A DNA stretch of 63,330 nt, the filler included, from Octopus bimaculoides (taxonomy: Eukaryota): NCBI RefSeq assembly GCF_001194135.2. It is 4 parts of 3 records of this genome, joined end to end, with 100 filler letters (N's around TTAATTAATTAA, not from the genome) between each part and the next. Parts side by side here need not be neighbours in the genome. Positions count along the whole stretch, not along the records: positions 1 to 17,967 come from NC_068981.1; 3 more parts are not named here. One strand, written 5' to 3'. The position numbers were made by a program, and so were the translations under genes. Under the pieces are notes generated by a model. That model had not been told where the DNA came from, ran no database searches, and saw nothing but the letters and a program-made list of their open reading frames with translations. Each line of letters starts with the position of its first letter. Position 1 is the stretch's first letter. Below, piece after piece: positions 1 through 11,639 of the stretch.

Positions 1-671
1 GGCATTACACAAATATGCAACCAAGGAGAAACACAAATATGAAGAAAATACACACTTTCAACACACACAAACACATCCATCTTAAGAAAGATGAAATGCT
101 TTATTGTTGGTTCTCAAACACTCTAACTTTTTAAAATATATCATGGATAAGATTAAGCAGCAGTGATCTCTGGCCACCACTTAATAAAATCCATATTGCA
201 TGTTTTATTTTATAGTTCATTTGAGTAAAGATTTGTTTGATTATCAGGAAAAATGTCTTGATGTATGAAGATTGCCAGAAATTATATGAAGAAACTTGCC
301 AGGATTCAGTTTCAATTTGATAGAATTTTTGTTTGAGGAATGATGAACAGAGCAGGTTAGATTAATATAAAAGTTGGGGTCACTAATGATTTTATGTCAA
401 GAATGGGATATTTTCACAAAGATGTTCCCAAGTCCCAATTCAGGGTAGTTTTTGAAGTGGATATTAATATCATTCCTACATTATCAAAATGATAAATTAT
501 GTCATTCAAGGAGGAAATAAAATCTAAATATTTCAAGATCTATCATATCTGTATTCAATATTACATAATTACAGAATCTTGTCACTACTGTGAACAGTAA
601 AAAGATTCCCAAGCAAAATATGTCACCAAATATCTCTTCTTAAAACTTACAACAAATATTGATTAAATAAG

Positions 672-2016
672 GGCATAACATCGACTTTGTTCCTCATAAC
701 TTCCAGAAAAATGTATACTTTTTAACAAAATTTTCAACAAATTCTGCTTAGATACTATGGATTCAGAGTATATAGGGATTTATGGGAAAGAATTTTCCGA
801 GAGGGTGGGGAGAAGAGTTTCGGAAAATTCACACAATCCGGCTTTCTTCCCTCATAACTTTTAAGAAAATGGATATCTTTTACTGAAATTTTATACAATT
901 TCAAATGCCTTTCCCATTTTTCTTTAACCACAGCCTTTGAAATGTTCAGTTGGTGGGGTATATTTTATGAAAAAAAAGTTCTGAAAATTTTTTTGTACAA
1001 CTCCCACCCCTCTCATCATCCCACTCCTGATTTTGGCCAATTTTTTGAGGCACTACAAAACCATGGGAGGAGCCTTTTCGGTAAAGAAAATATTTTAAAA
1101 ATTGTTAATATTTTCAGAGGAAAAAGTGAATGATTTAAGGGAGATTTGGCTGTTTTTTCTAGCAAATCCTAAAACAACCCTCCTCATTTCTTTCTCACTC
1201 TCGAAAGCATTGATATTTTTCAATATTTTTCTCCCCATAAATACATTGATATGCTACTAGACTACCCGTGAACTGTTGGATCACCGGGAAACTCTGAGTT
1301 TTCCAGCAACAGAGTTTTGTTTCGTGGGTTGGAAAGATTTGGCTGCTATTTCTTGCACATCCTGCTACCACATAACAGGTATTTNNNNNNNNNNNNNNNN
1401 NNNNNNNNNNNNNNNNNNNNNNNNNNNNNNNNNNNNNNNNNNNNNNNNNNNNNNNNNNNNNNNNNNNNNNNNNNNNNNNNNNNNNNNNNNNNNNNNNNNN
1501 NNNNNNNNNNNNNNNNNNNNNNNNNNNNNNNNNNNNNNNNNNNNNNNNNNNNNNNNNNNNNNNNNNNNNNNNNNNNNNNNNNNNNNNNNNNNNNNNNNNN
1601 NNNNNNNNNNNNNNNNNNNNNNNNNNNNNNNNNNNNNNNNNNNNNNNNNNNNNNNNNNNNNNNNNNNNNNNNNNNNNNNNNNNNNNNNNNNNNNNNNNNN
1701 NNNNNNNNNNNNNNATAGTGTCTGTTTAAAAAACGCTAAAATATACATGCTTACATTTTTGAAATCCCATTCGCTTAAAAATATTTGTAAATGATTAAAA
1801 TATTGTGTTCAACAAAAAGCGAAAATAGAAATTGTGAAAAAAATTTTCCGAAACTCCTCTCCCCACCCCTCAGAAAAATTCTTTCCCATAAATCCCTATA
1901 TGCTCTGAATCCATAGCATCTAAGCGGTATTTGTTGAAAATTTTGTTAAAAATATCCATTTTTCTGGAAGTTATGAGGCAACAAAGTTGGTGGGAGTACA
2001 CATTTGTAGTTATGCC
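672..2016. mobile_element. Non-autonomous TIR DNA transposon with long terminal inverted repeats and an 8-bp target-site duplication (Merlin- or Mutator-like)
   Basis: ~672-840 is the reverse complement of ~1825-2016 (CTTTGTTCCTCATAACTTCCAGAAAAATG vs CATTTTTCTGGAAGTTATGAGGCAACAAAG). Termini are GGCATAAC...GTTATGCC. Identical TAAATAAG flanks both ends (664-671, 2017-2024). The interior contains an N-gap. Confidence 0.75.
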
Positions 2017-2399
2017 TAAATAAGACCATTCAAACAATTTTCAGGAGCTTAGTGGCAATTTTTCTAAAGCATTACTCTCCCACAACTACACTTTTGAAGA
2101 GACATACACAAACAAGAACTAATAACAAGTAGATTAAAACTAAAACAGGTATTTCAGACGTGATACCATTCACATACAAACCTAAACAACTAAAATGTAT
2201 ATAGGTCATTATCTGTGAGAAATAAATAAGAAAGAGAACAATGGTACAAGCTAAAAAGAAATTTGATATAAATCTTATATATTCTCTTATTTGTTCCGGT
2301 CATTTAACTGTGGCCATTTTAATTTCTACCCTCCCCACCTCAATTTTTTAATTTTTAACATTTTCGAAATTTTTTTTTGTAATCCACATCAATTACAGA

Positions 2400-2835
2400 T
2401 GTAATCCACATAGATACAGAGATTATGAATCTATTTTTTTAAATTTTAATTTTTCTTAAAGAAACACTGGAATCTCCTTCCTTGACCTCCACCCATCGCC
2501 TCCCTACTTTCAAAATGCTAAAATTCTGCATGTTTCACTTTTAGCTTTTTTGAAAGCGGGGAAGTTTTTCCAGAAATGTTGTTTAGCTGTTTTTCTAGCA
2601 TGTCAGGTTTTCTGGTGGTGGTCTGATATTTTTGATGTCTGATATTTCAGTAGAATTCTACACATGTGTAAAACAACAGACAAAAGTGAAACATTCGGAG
2701 TTTTTAGCTTTTTGAAAGTGGGGAGGTGATGGGTTGGCGAGGTGGGGAAGGAGCACTGATTGATTCTTTAAGAAAAATTAAAATTAAAAAAAAAACTTCC
2801 CAGATTTGTAATCACTCTATTTTTCTGCGTAGATT
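2400..2835. mobile_element. Foldback/MITE-like inverted repeat
   Basis: ~2430-2545 (TTTTAATTTTTCTTAAAGAA...ACCCATCGCCTCCCTACTTTCAAAATGCTAAAAATTCTGCATGTTTCACTTTT) matches the reverse complement of ~2681-2795, with a weaker match extending outward to ~2400 and ~2835. Confidence 0.7.
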
Positions 2836-3895
2836 AAAAACAAATTCGAAAAAAAGATAAAAATTAAGAANNNNNNNNNNNNNNNNNNNNNNNNNNNNNN
2901 NNNNNNNNNNNNNNNNNNNNNNNNNNNNNNNNNNNNNNNNNNNNNNNNNNNNNNNNNNNNNNNNNNNNNNNNNNNNNNNNNNNNNNNNNNNNNNNNNNNN
3001 NNNNNNNNNNNNNNNNNNNNNNNNNNNNNNNNNNNNNNNNNNNNNNNNNNNNNNNNNNNNNNNNNNNNNNNNNNNNNNNNNNNNNNNNNNNNNNNNNNNN
3101 NNNNNNNNNNNNNNNNNNNNNNNNNNNNNNNNNNNNNNNNNNNNNNNNNNNNNNNNNNNNNNNNNNNNNNNNNNNNNNNNNNNNNNNNNNNNNNNNNNNN
3201 NNNNNNNNNNNNNNNNNNNNNNNNNNNNNNNNNNNNNNNNNNNNNNNNNNNNNNNNNNNNNNNNNNNNNNNNNNNNNNNNNNNNNNNNNNNNNNNNNNNN
3301 NNNNNNNNNNNNNNNNNNNNNNNNNNNNNNNNNNNNNNNNNNNNNNNNNNNNNNNNNNNNNNNNNNNNNNNNNNNNNNNNNNNNNNNNNNNNNNNNNNNN
3401 NNNNNNNNNNNNNNNNNNNNNNNNNNNNNNNNNNNNNNNNNNNNNNNNNNNNNNNNNNNNNNNNNNNNNNNNNNNNNNNNNNNNNNNNNNNNNNNNNNNN
3501 NNNNNNNNNNNNNNNNNNNNNNNNNNNNNNNNNNNNNNNNNNNNNNNNNNNNNNNNNNNNNNNNNNNNNNNNNNNNNNNNNNNNNNNNNNNNNNNNNNNN
3601 NNNNGTTTGTGTTAAGGTTAGGTTTACCCTGTGGATCTATATAAAAACCGGGGGGGGGGATCAAAATTTTGAAATTGAGATTTTTGAAAAATTTTTTTCA
3701 GAATCGGAATCTCCATAGCCTAAAACGTGGGATCCCGAAAAAAAATAATAAAATAAGGGGGGAAAGGTTCAGATTACATATAGTCCATTTGGACCGTACC
3801 AGTTGCGCACTGGAGTCGACCTAATCGACTGGCACCCCACCCCCAAAAACAATTTCGGGCCTTGTGCCTAGAGTAGAAAAGAATTGTAAACTTAC

Positions 3896-3959
3896 ATTGT
3901 AAACAATACTCAGCATGTTCACTGCCGTCTAAAGCGACCAGGATTCTTCTTTCAGGCAT
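3896..3959 (-). CDS. First coding exon of a universal stress protein (UspA-domain) gene
   Basis: Translates to MPERRILVALDGSEHAEYCLQ plus 1 nt, matching the UspA N-terminal pattern [RK]xILVAxDGSxxS/AxxAxxW. It ends at a canonical donor (T|GTAAG at 3895), phase 1, consistent with a split Trp codon. An in-frame upstream ATG at 4133 could add 58 residues. Downstream exons were not found (gaps or outside the window). Confidence 0.85.
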
Positions 3960-4694
3960 ATTGCTGGTTAGAACGTCTGTTTTATGCTCTCGGAAGCTTT
4001 CTCCTCTCTCTTTAATGTGTGTGTCTCTGACTTCAAGCACGATAGTGACAGCGTCGAAAGACTGTGACAAAAGTGGGGAAGCATTTGTGGTTAACAGTGG
4101 TGGTGGCAACGGAGAAGGGGTAATATGTAGCATTACATTGTGGAGGTGGAGCTGGAGGAGCAGGCAGTAGTGAATCAGACGGTGGGATTGTCATGGAGGT
4201 GGTTTGTGATTAAGTAGAGAAGAGGGGGGTCGGCAACGGTACACAAAAGGTGACCTGTATAGGTATGTAGAGCGGCGATACAATTGTATAAATGGAAAAG
4301 GAATACAAAAATAGATTTGAACAGCATTTTTAAAAAAGAATTCGATATAGATTTTAGCCTTTCACGTTCACTTTTGCTCTTTCTTCATCTAATTTCTCAT
4401 TCCTCAAATTTACAAAAGAAACGGCTACAGTGTATTAGGAAACAGAGGCATTGTTTGAAGGAAATGGCTCACATATTACATATCCTATGAACTCTTAAGC
4501 CAGGCATTATGCCATGAGACTAATCCTCTGTTATTTTAAGCTTACTATCAAATATAATCTAATATATAAAATAGAGATGTGTGTGTATTCACTTTTCATG
4601 AGAAAACTTCACTAATTGCTTTCATACTTGGGATGCATGAATAATTTGACCTGGATATATGTTAGGCTCTTCATTTGTTTTTTATTAAAAATAA

Positions 4695-5490
4695 CATGGT
4701 GGTGTGCTGAACCGAATTAGCATAGAAATCCTGTCTAGAAACCCGGACGATAAATCGCTACAACAGATACGAGAGTCAGTCTGGATAAACAAAACACGAC
4801 CAGTTTTGAATAGTAAATACTCTCATTAAGCAGAGGCCTTACGAAGACCTATGGATGCACACACGAACACACACACACGCACATGCAAAGACAAATAAGG
4901 ACACAGATATGCCTCAGGCCCACACTCATACGGAAACATGCATACAGAAGTATACACACACACACAGGAACTCACACACATGAATGCAAACATACACACA
5001 TATATGAATGCAAACATACACACAAACATACACACACACATACACACAAACACAGACACACGCCCATACACACATGGACACGCGCACACATACGCATGTT
5101 CATGCTCACGCACAGATAGATATCAATTTATTCAACATTTATCAAAGAAGACGGTTTAACTGTCTTTGAGAGAAATGTTATATGGATGAATGTGTGCGTT
5201 TGTGAAGAAAGCAAGAAGACCAAAACCACTATCTTATGTATATGAAAAATGACATAGTATTTAAAAAACACACACATACGGATGCATACACTTATGTATA
5301 AACACACACACATGCAAACATACTTATCTTACACACTTACATACTCATCTCACACACTTACATACTCATCTCAGACAGATCTCAGACGAATCCCAACGCC
5401 GGAACATAAGTTCAAAAGAAATAGAAGTAGAGAGACGTGTCACTGAAGAGATTGCAACAATGCGATGAAATAATTATTTGACAAAAAAAA
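4695..5490 (+). mobile_element. Penelope-like retroelement 3' fragment (GIY-YIG endonuclease C-terminus, CA-rich spacer, hammerhead)
   Basis: 4695-4829 reads HGGVLNRISIEILSRNPDDKSLQQIRESVWINKTRPVLNSKYSH*. This resembles the Penelope GIY-YIG C-terminal pattern (H..IxIL...RQIxEAxxIxxxxPxLN) and the homologous segment at 62.6-62.8 kb. A hammerhead core follows at 5438-5483. Confidence 0.7.
5438..5483 (+). ncRNA. Minimal type-I hammerhead ribozyme motif
   Basis: Layout: TGTCA-CTGAAGA-G-ATTGCA-ACAA-TGCGAT-GAAA-T-AATT-A-T-T-TGACA. Helix I is TGTCA/TGACA, followed by the CUGANGA core. Helix II is 6 bp with one G-U pair, followed by GAAA. Helix III is 2 bp inside the palindrome ATAATTAT. Predicted cleavage is after AUU at 5478. 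Confidence 0.75.
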
Positions 5491-7336
5491 AAAAAAACAG
5501 AAAAGAAATGACAACACTAACAATACTGAACATTTGAACAATTAACTATTTGACCAAAGTGTTTAACATATGAGGTTGAAAAACTAGTAAAAAAGGCTAA
5601 TTGATAAATTGGCGATCTTTCGTTACAACACACGACTGCTAGTTACAAACCACGTGTGTTTATTTACATTTGTGAAGATGATCGTCGACTTCCGTAAAAT
5701 TTTATTATTTTTTTCCATATGGGTTTGGGAGGAAATGGGATCTTTTGAAAGCGAAAGAGACAGAGAGAGAGAGCGATTGTATGAGGGAAGTTCTTTTGAA
5801 GTTGGTGTGAATCGGAAGAATTGATGTGCGTGCGTGTGAGAGAGAGAGTGTATGTGTGCTTGTGTGTGTGTGTGTGTGTGCTTGTGAGTCTGTGTTTGTG
5901 TGTACAGGCGTGTGTGTGCAAAACAAAAATAAAATGAAAGATTTTAAGTTCCAAATGTCTCTACATCCAAAGGCTTCCTGATTCATACTAACAAGAATTG
6001 AATTACGGGCCTGTATTTATATAATACATTTCATGACAAATAATATAAACGAAAAAAAATTAAATAAAAACGTATCTATGAATCTGATCATAAAATCGCT
6101 AACAAACATAAAAAAATAAACTGAGAGAAAGAAAAAGTTAGCAGCAGGAACAAAATTGTAGCACTCACACAGACACACACAGACGGAACGCCAACTTAGA
6201 AAAAACTTCCCCGATCCAATCCCTTTCTCTCTGTCTCGCTTTTACGCTGACTTGAAAAGATACCCTCCCACCACTCCACATATATATAAAAAAAATTACG
6301 GAAACTGACGATCTTCTTCAAATGTAAACAAAAGCACGTGCTCCAGTTTGACAGTAACGGTACTCATACCGTAATTTTGCGGAAACCGACGATCTTCTTC
6401 AAAGTAATTTTACCAAAGCACCTTTATTCTGTCTTCCTACTTAGCCTGCACATAAGCTAACAGGAATGCCGCATAAAGTTAAATTGGTATGGAACTTTCG
6501 CTAGTGGAAGTAAAACTCAAAGGTTGATTCTTTGGGATGAATCGTATGTGATTGTTTAGAAAGGGCTAGAACGACAATGCTAAAACGTACAGATTGCACA
6601 GTCAAAACAACATACTTGCAGTGTCAGGCTGACCTAAAAATGACCTAATGGATAAAATGCAAAGGCTATTATTATCTTACAGGTTTTCAATCTAAATCCG
6701 GTGCCATATTTCATCATGCCTTTTTGCAGGATACATAATCATATGGGTGTCAGTTCACTTAGAAGTCAAGAAAGGAAACTAAAACCTTATTGGATTATTA
6801 CTCATATAAGTAGCAGAGAAACAGTAGAGTATTAAATGCCTAATAATGTTTAAGTACATCCTTTGATGTTTTGTGTTCAAATCCTACTGAGTTTCTTTAC
6901 TCACCACCCTTGCAAGGTCATTAAATATATTGTTATGCATTGTGGTTTATTCAACCGCATGTTTGAAGTCTCATTTTAGACCAAAGTTATGGAACTTTGC
7001 ATTCATAAATTGCAGTCCGTTATCTGTCACAAACTCAACTGGGATGCTGTCTGGCAAAGACAGATTTCACTGCTGTGATTGTTGTTTTACTTGGTAGGTC
7101 AGACAATTTCACAATTTCAGGGTAATTAGAGAAATAGTCCACACACCAGGTAATCAGGATTCTTGTACACAAACAAATCGGCTCCAGCTTTGGCCCACGG
7201 TGAATCAGGAATTTTATGGCCCTTCAACGGTTGTTTCGGATTACTCTTTCTGTTCTCATTGCACACAGAACACCGTGATCAAACTCTTCAATTTTTACAG
7301 CCATTCCTAGCCAGAAGATAACATTTTTGGCTCTGC

Positions 7337-7708
7337 AAGCGAAAGCGAAATTGTGATGGCACCTGTGCCCAGCATCACCTTTCTGGCACTTGTGCCCGCG
7401 GCATGTCTAAGGACTTTCGAGCGAGATCGTTGCCAGTGCCCCTGGACTGGCTCTTGTGCGGGTGGCACATAAAATACACCATTTTGAGCATGGCTGTTGC
7501 CAGTACTGCCTGACTGGCTTTCGTGCCAGTGGCACGTAAAAGCACCCTGTACACTCTCTGAGTGGTTGGCGTTAGGAAGGGCATCCAGCTGTAGAAACTC
7601 TGCCAAATCAGATTGGAGCCTGGTGTAGCCATCTGGTTTCACCAGTCCTCAGTCAAATCGTCCAACCCATGCTAGCATGGAAAGCAGATGTTAAACGACG
7701 ATGATGAT
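7337..7708 (+). mobile_element. RTE-related short retroposon (3' end with GAT-repeat tail) inserted in the Gypsy integrase
   Basis: Ends ...CCCATGCTAGCATGGAAAGCAGATGTTAAACGACGATGATGAT. The same 3' module recurs at ~38730-38835 and ~42125-42350 (+) and ~48070-48270 (-). The flanks rejoin into the integrase zinc-finger reading (GVTKCI | RAKNVIFW). Confidence 0.8.
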
Positions 7709-10524
7709 GTGTATGCACTTTGTCACTCCACGCATCATGAATTCTGTTCAATATTTTGTAGTGTTGCAAGAATTACAACTTTGTTAGCTTTGAAGATGAG
7801 GTCATCAACAACAGTCAGTTCATCTTGAATATTCCAGTAGTCTCTTGCAATTGCTGGAACATCCTTTCTGTTTTCTGGCCATCCGCACAGAATCACTGAT
7901 TTCAGCTGTTGCAGTTGTGGGTCATTTACTGTGGCAATCCTGAATTCGCTCAGCTTTCCTGAGGCTATTGGCAGTTGTGATATTAGGTCCACATCACACT
8001 CGGTTTCATCAAACCAATCATTACAGGCTTGAAGATATGCCCAGCTCAAGGTGTCTGCAACATCAGTTCTTTACTTGATCTGTAGGTAACTTGAAGATCA
8101 TACTTCTGCAGACGCAGCAACATTCTCTGCAACTTCTGGGTAGCTCTACACAAGAGTTTCTGAAATATGATTTCAAGGGGCTTGTGATCAGTTTCTACTT
8201 GAACTGTTTTCCCATAGATGTACTGATGAAACTTCTCACATTTATGCAGGATACCTAGCATCTCTTTCTCAATTTGCACATACTTCTTTTGTACACTTGT
8301 CAGTGACCTTGAAGCGAACACTACAAACTTGTCACCTTGCATTAGCATTGCTCCTAGCCCTTTGGAGCTTGCATCCACTGATAATGTTACTGGCTTTGTA
8401 ACATCAAAGTACTGGAGTCTTTGTCACTCTTTGTTTCAAATTCTTGAAACATGTTTGCTGCCTTTCTTCCCAGTGCCATGCAATGTCCTTCGGCAATAAC
8501 TCTTGTAGAGCTGCAACTACACTGGAGAGATTTGGCATGAACTTTCCCAGATACTGTATCATACCAAGGAATCTCATCAGATTTGTTTTGTTTTCAGGCT
8601 CCAGTATTTCTTGGATAGCTTTCACCTTTTCAGGATCTGGCTTCAGCTCTTGTCAGTGAGAAGACACCCTACATATGCAACCTCCATCATTCTCAAATTG
8701 CATTTCTTCGCTTTCAATTTCAGGCCACTTAACAGCATTCTGTTCAGAATGGTATGCAGTCTTTCATCATGTTGCTTGACACCTGTACCCCACACCAAAA
8801 TGTCATCAACAACACATTCTGTGCCTGATAAACCTTCTAGAATCTGTGACATTGTTCTCTGAAATACCTCCAGTGCTGACTTCACTCTGAAAGGTAGCTG
8901 AGTGAATCAGTATCTATCAAATGGGGTATTGATGGTACACAATTTGGAACTGCTTTCATGAAGTCCCATCTGTCAAAATCCAGACTCTGTCAAGAATGGT
9001 GAACAGCTTGGCACCTGGCATTCATGATATAATTTCAACAGTTCTCATGGGATAATGTTCTGTTTTTATGGCATGATTGAGATCTTTTGGGTTTATACAA
9101 ATTCCAATCTTGTTTGGTTTCACTACTGCCACCATGCTATTAACCAGTTTGTGGGTTGAGTCTCTTTGACGACAACTCCAAGCTTGGTCATTCGATCAAG
9201 TTCTGCTTGCACTTTGTCCATCAAAGTAGCAGACACTTTTCTCAGTAGGTGTACCACAGGTATGATTTTGTCCACTAATTCTATGTGGTGTTCTCCCGGC
9301 ATGCATCCAAGTCCTTTGAACAGCTCTGGATATTCTCCCAGTATGTCTGTATGTCTGTTGTGAACTCGTACCAACTTCAATTTCTCACAGGTTTTTTCCC
9401 TGTATACTTGGGCAGTTTTCCACCACAGCCTCGAATAGTACTTCATTCAAAATGCCATTGATTTTACTTGATACTGATAGTTCTATCTGTTAAAATGTGA
9501 ATTGCTTTTCTTTGAAGTATGACACAAGTTTTGATCTTGACAGTTCCTTATTCTTCAAATTCAAACTGTCAAACAGTGAATTGGAAATGATATTGCAATG
9601 TGCACCTGTATCCAGTTTGACTTTCACTGGTCTCTTGTTGATTGATAAAGTCTCATACCAGTCTTCATTATCTTCATTGGTGGTCATCTGTCCAATGAAT
9701 AATTCAATTTCTTCAGAATTGTCAACATTTTTGTGTTTCCTCTCTCTTGTGTCTTGTCTGTCATGCCTAGATGGTATTCTAGTTTTACACATGCTGGCAA
9801 AATGATGCTACCACTGCATTTGTCACAAACTTCTCCTGCAGCTGAACACTTGTCTTTAGCATGTTTGTAATCACACTGTCTACACTGAGGGTATTCTTTT
9901 GTTCTACCTCTAGATTCATACTTTCTTCTTCGACTTCTACTGGCATTCATGGCATTGATTTCTTTAAATATGGTTGACTGTTCATCATCAAGAACTTTCA
10001 ATTGTTGTGCACTGATTTCTGTAGCGCTACACATATGTACAGTTTTGTTTTTCCAAATCAAGATCATGTTCTCTCAATATCACTAAGAATTCTACAAATA
10101 ATTCTGTCTTTAATGAGCCCATCATTCAATGTCCCAAACTCACAAGCTCTAAATTTACCCTTTAAATCTGTCACATACTGATCAATTGTCTCATCTGGGT
10201 TCTGAGATCGTGTGAAAAATGCATGTCTCTCAATCATCAGATTTTTCTTAGGTTTACAGAATTCCTGAAAATTTTGCTTCACTTTGTTGTAATTCTTGCT
10301 ATCCGCTTCCTCACTCCACTCAAAAGAGTTATATACATGAACTTCAGCCTCTCCCGCCACGTGTATTAGATTAGCACACTTCACACTCTTTGATTTAGCT
10401 GCGATTCCGCTAGCCATAAGGTAAAGTTCAAACCTTTGTAGCTACCATTTCCAGTTCTCAATTGTGTTCACTTTGAGATTAAACTCATTTGGGCTTCTTA
10501 TCTGATTCATTCAGGTGCTTATTC

Positions 10525-10543
10525 AATCCCTCTTCTGACACCA
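10525..10543 (-). promoter_or_regulatory. Primer-binding site complementary to the tRNA-Leu 3' end
   Basis: Minus strand reads TGGTGTCAGAAGAGGGATT directly after ...TTTACA. This matches the complement of tRNA-Leu(CAA), TGGTGTCAGAAGTGGGATT, at 18 of 19 positions. Confidence 0.85.
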
Positions 10544-10659
10544 TGTAAAGTATGATATATCACAGGGTGCAGCCATTACTATGCATATTTGTTACATCAT
10601 ACATCTCAAACACATGACGTTACACATTGTGTGTACATCTTTGCGTCACTTTCATTACA
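10544..10659 (-). repeat. Putative short 5' LTR of the Gypsy element
   Basis: Ends in CA immediately before the PBS. The TG start (TGTAATG at 10659) is only a candidate because no second LTR is present to confirm it. Confidence 0.45.
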
Positions 10660-11639
10660 CTTATCTTGTCAGATGTAGGTGTTTTCTAGATCAAAAAGTA
10701 AAAATATTTACATAGGCGGAAAATAAATGTTAACATTTTTTAAACATACATGATAGACAGATATCATTTATTTAAATAATTGTTCAAATGTACTCTCATC
10801 ACTTCAAATGGTAACACCAACTCTACCGATTTGATTAAGATTTGGAATAAAATGCTCTGTACTTATATTACAGTAGTAGTTTGTAGCAGGATGATGTAGC
10901 AAAAGATGTTGCTGAGGTAGCAGATGAAATAGGCATGTGAATGACATCAAAGTAAAACAATGGGAAAGCGTCAGATTGTAATTTAAATAATTTATTTAAG
11001 CGACACTTGCATTTGCATGTTGTATACATCAGAAAACTGCTTTGAGCTGGCAAAATAGAAAATAAACAGGGGAAATATTGTGTTGATGTGATGAGGTAGA
11101 ACCGGGCATGTTTTGTGTCTGTGTGTGCATTGGTCATTTAGTTGTGTCTATTTATGTTCTGCAACTGCTATTGTGTTGGGTCATTCATGCTGAATATGTG
11201 GTTCTGTGTTGTCTGCTTGACTGGTGCAAGTTAACTGCTAGCTGTCTGCTTGTCTCTTGACTGTTCACCTGATGATGGCTATCTCCTCTCTGTCGTATGT
11301 CTGACTGTATTTATAATGGTCATGACAGCTAGAAGGACAGACATACCACAGGAGTAATTTCTATCTATGTAGGTCACCTCCTGTCCACTTGAACCTTAAA
11401 TGACACAGCTCAGGTCATAGGTCAAAGAGAAATCCATCCATCACTTTTTGACAGGACAAAGAAATTTCTTTCGCGCCTGTTTGACTAGTGGTGGATCAGA
11501 CGAGCGAGAGTCCTTATATCCAGTTTTGAATCTCAGCTCGGAAAAGGAACTGTTAGTTTTTACAAGTTCTTTCCAGAAGGCAATTCATACTCATCATGTC
11601 ATATGTTAAATAATACATGAGTTCAATACTTGCACATCA

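Larger units (their letters stand above)
6945..10659 (-). mobile_element. Degenerate Ty3/Gypsy LTR retrotransposon (Mag-like), 3'-truncated
   Basis: Frameshifted domains in gag-PR-RT-RH-IN order. Gag: 10064-10417 and a Cys/His knuckle region. Protease: VKLDTGAHC. RT: VVDDILVWG. RNase H: DASSKGLG, EKEML, TDHKPL. Integrase: CSVC...PWAKAGADLF, VDYFSNYPE, VTDNG (6950-7300). PBS and a short LTR lie at the right end. No 3' LTR was seen. Confidence 0.92.

Noticed and set aside
1276-1794. ORFs containing long X runs (also at 2864, 16 k, 25 k, 27.7 k, 29.8 k, 38.9 k and 50.2 k)
   Set aside because: They are artefacts of translating N-gaps.
4826-5313. His/Thr- and Cys/Val-rich ORFs (also at 5.7 k, 15.5 k, 20 k, 40 k, 49.7 k and 57.5 k)
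   Set aside because: They are translations of (CA)n/(TG)n/(TA)n microsatellite-rich DNA.
11265-11300. CTGATGA motifs at ~11269 and ~39246
   Set aside because: No downstream GAAA or closing helices are present, so these are at most unrecognisable relics.
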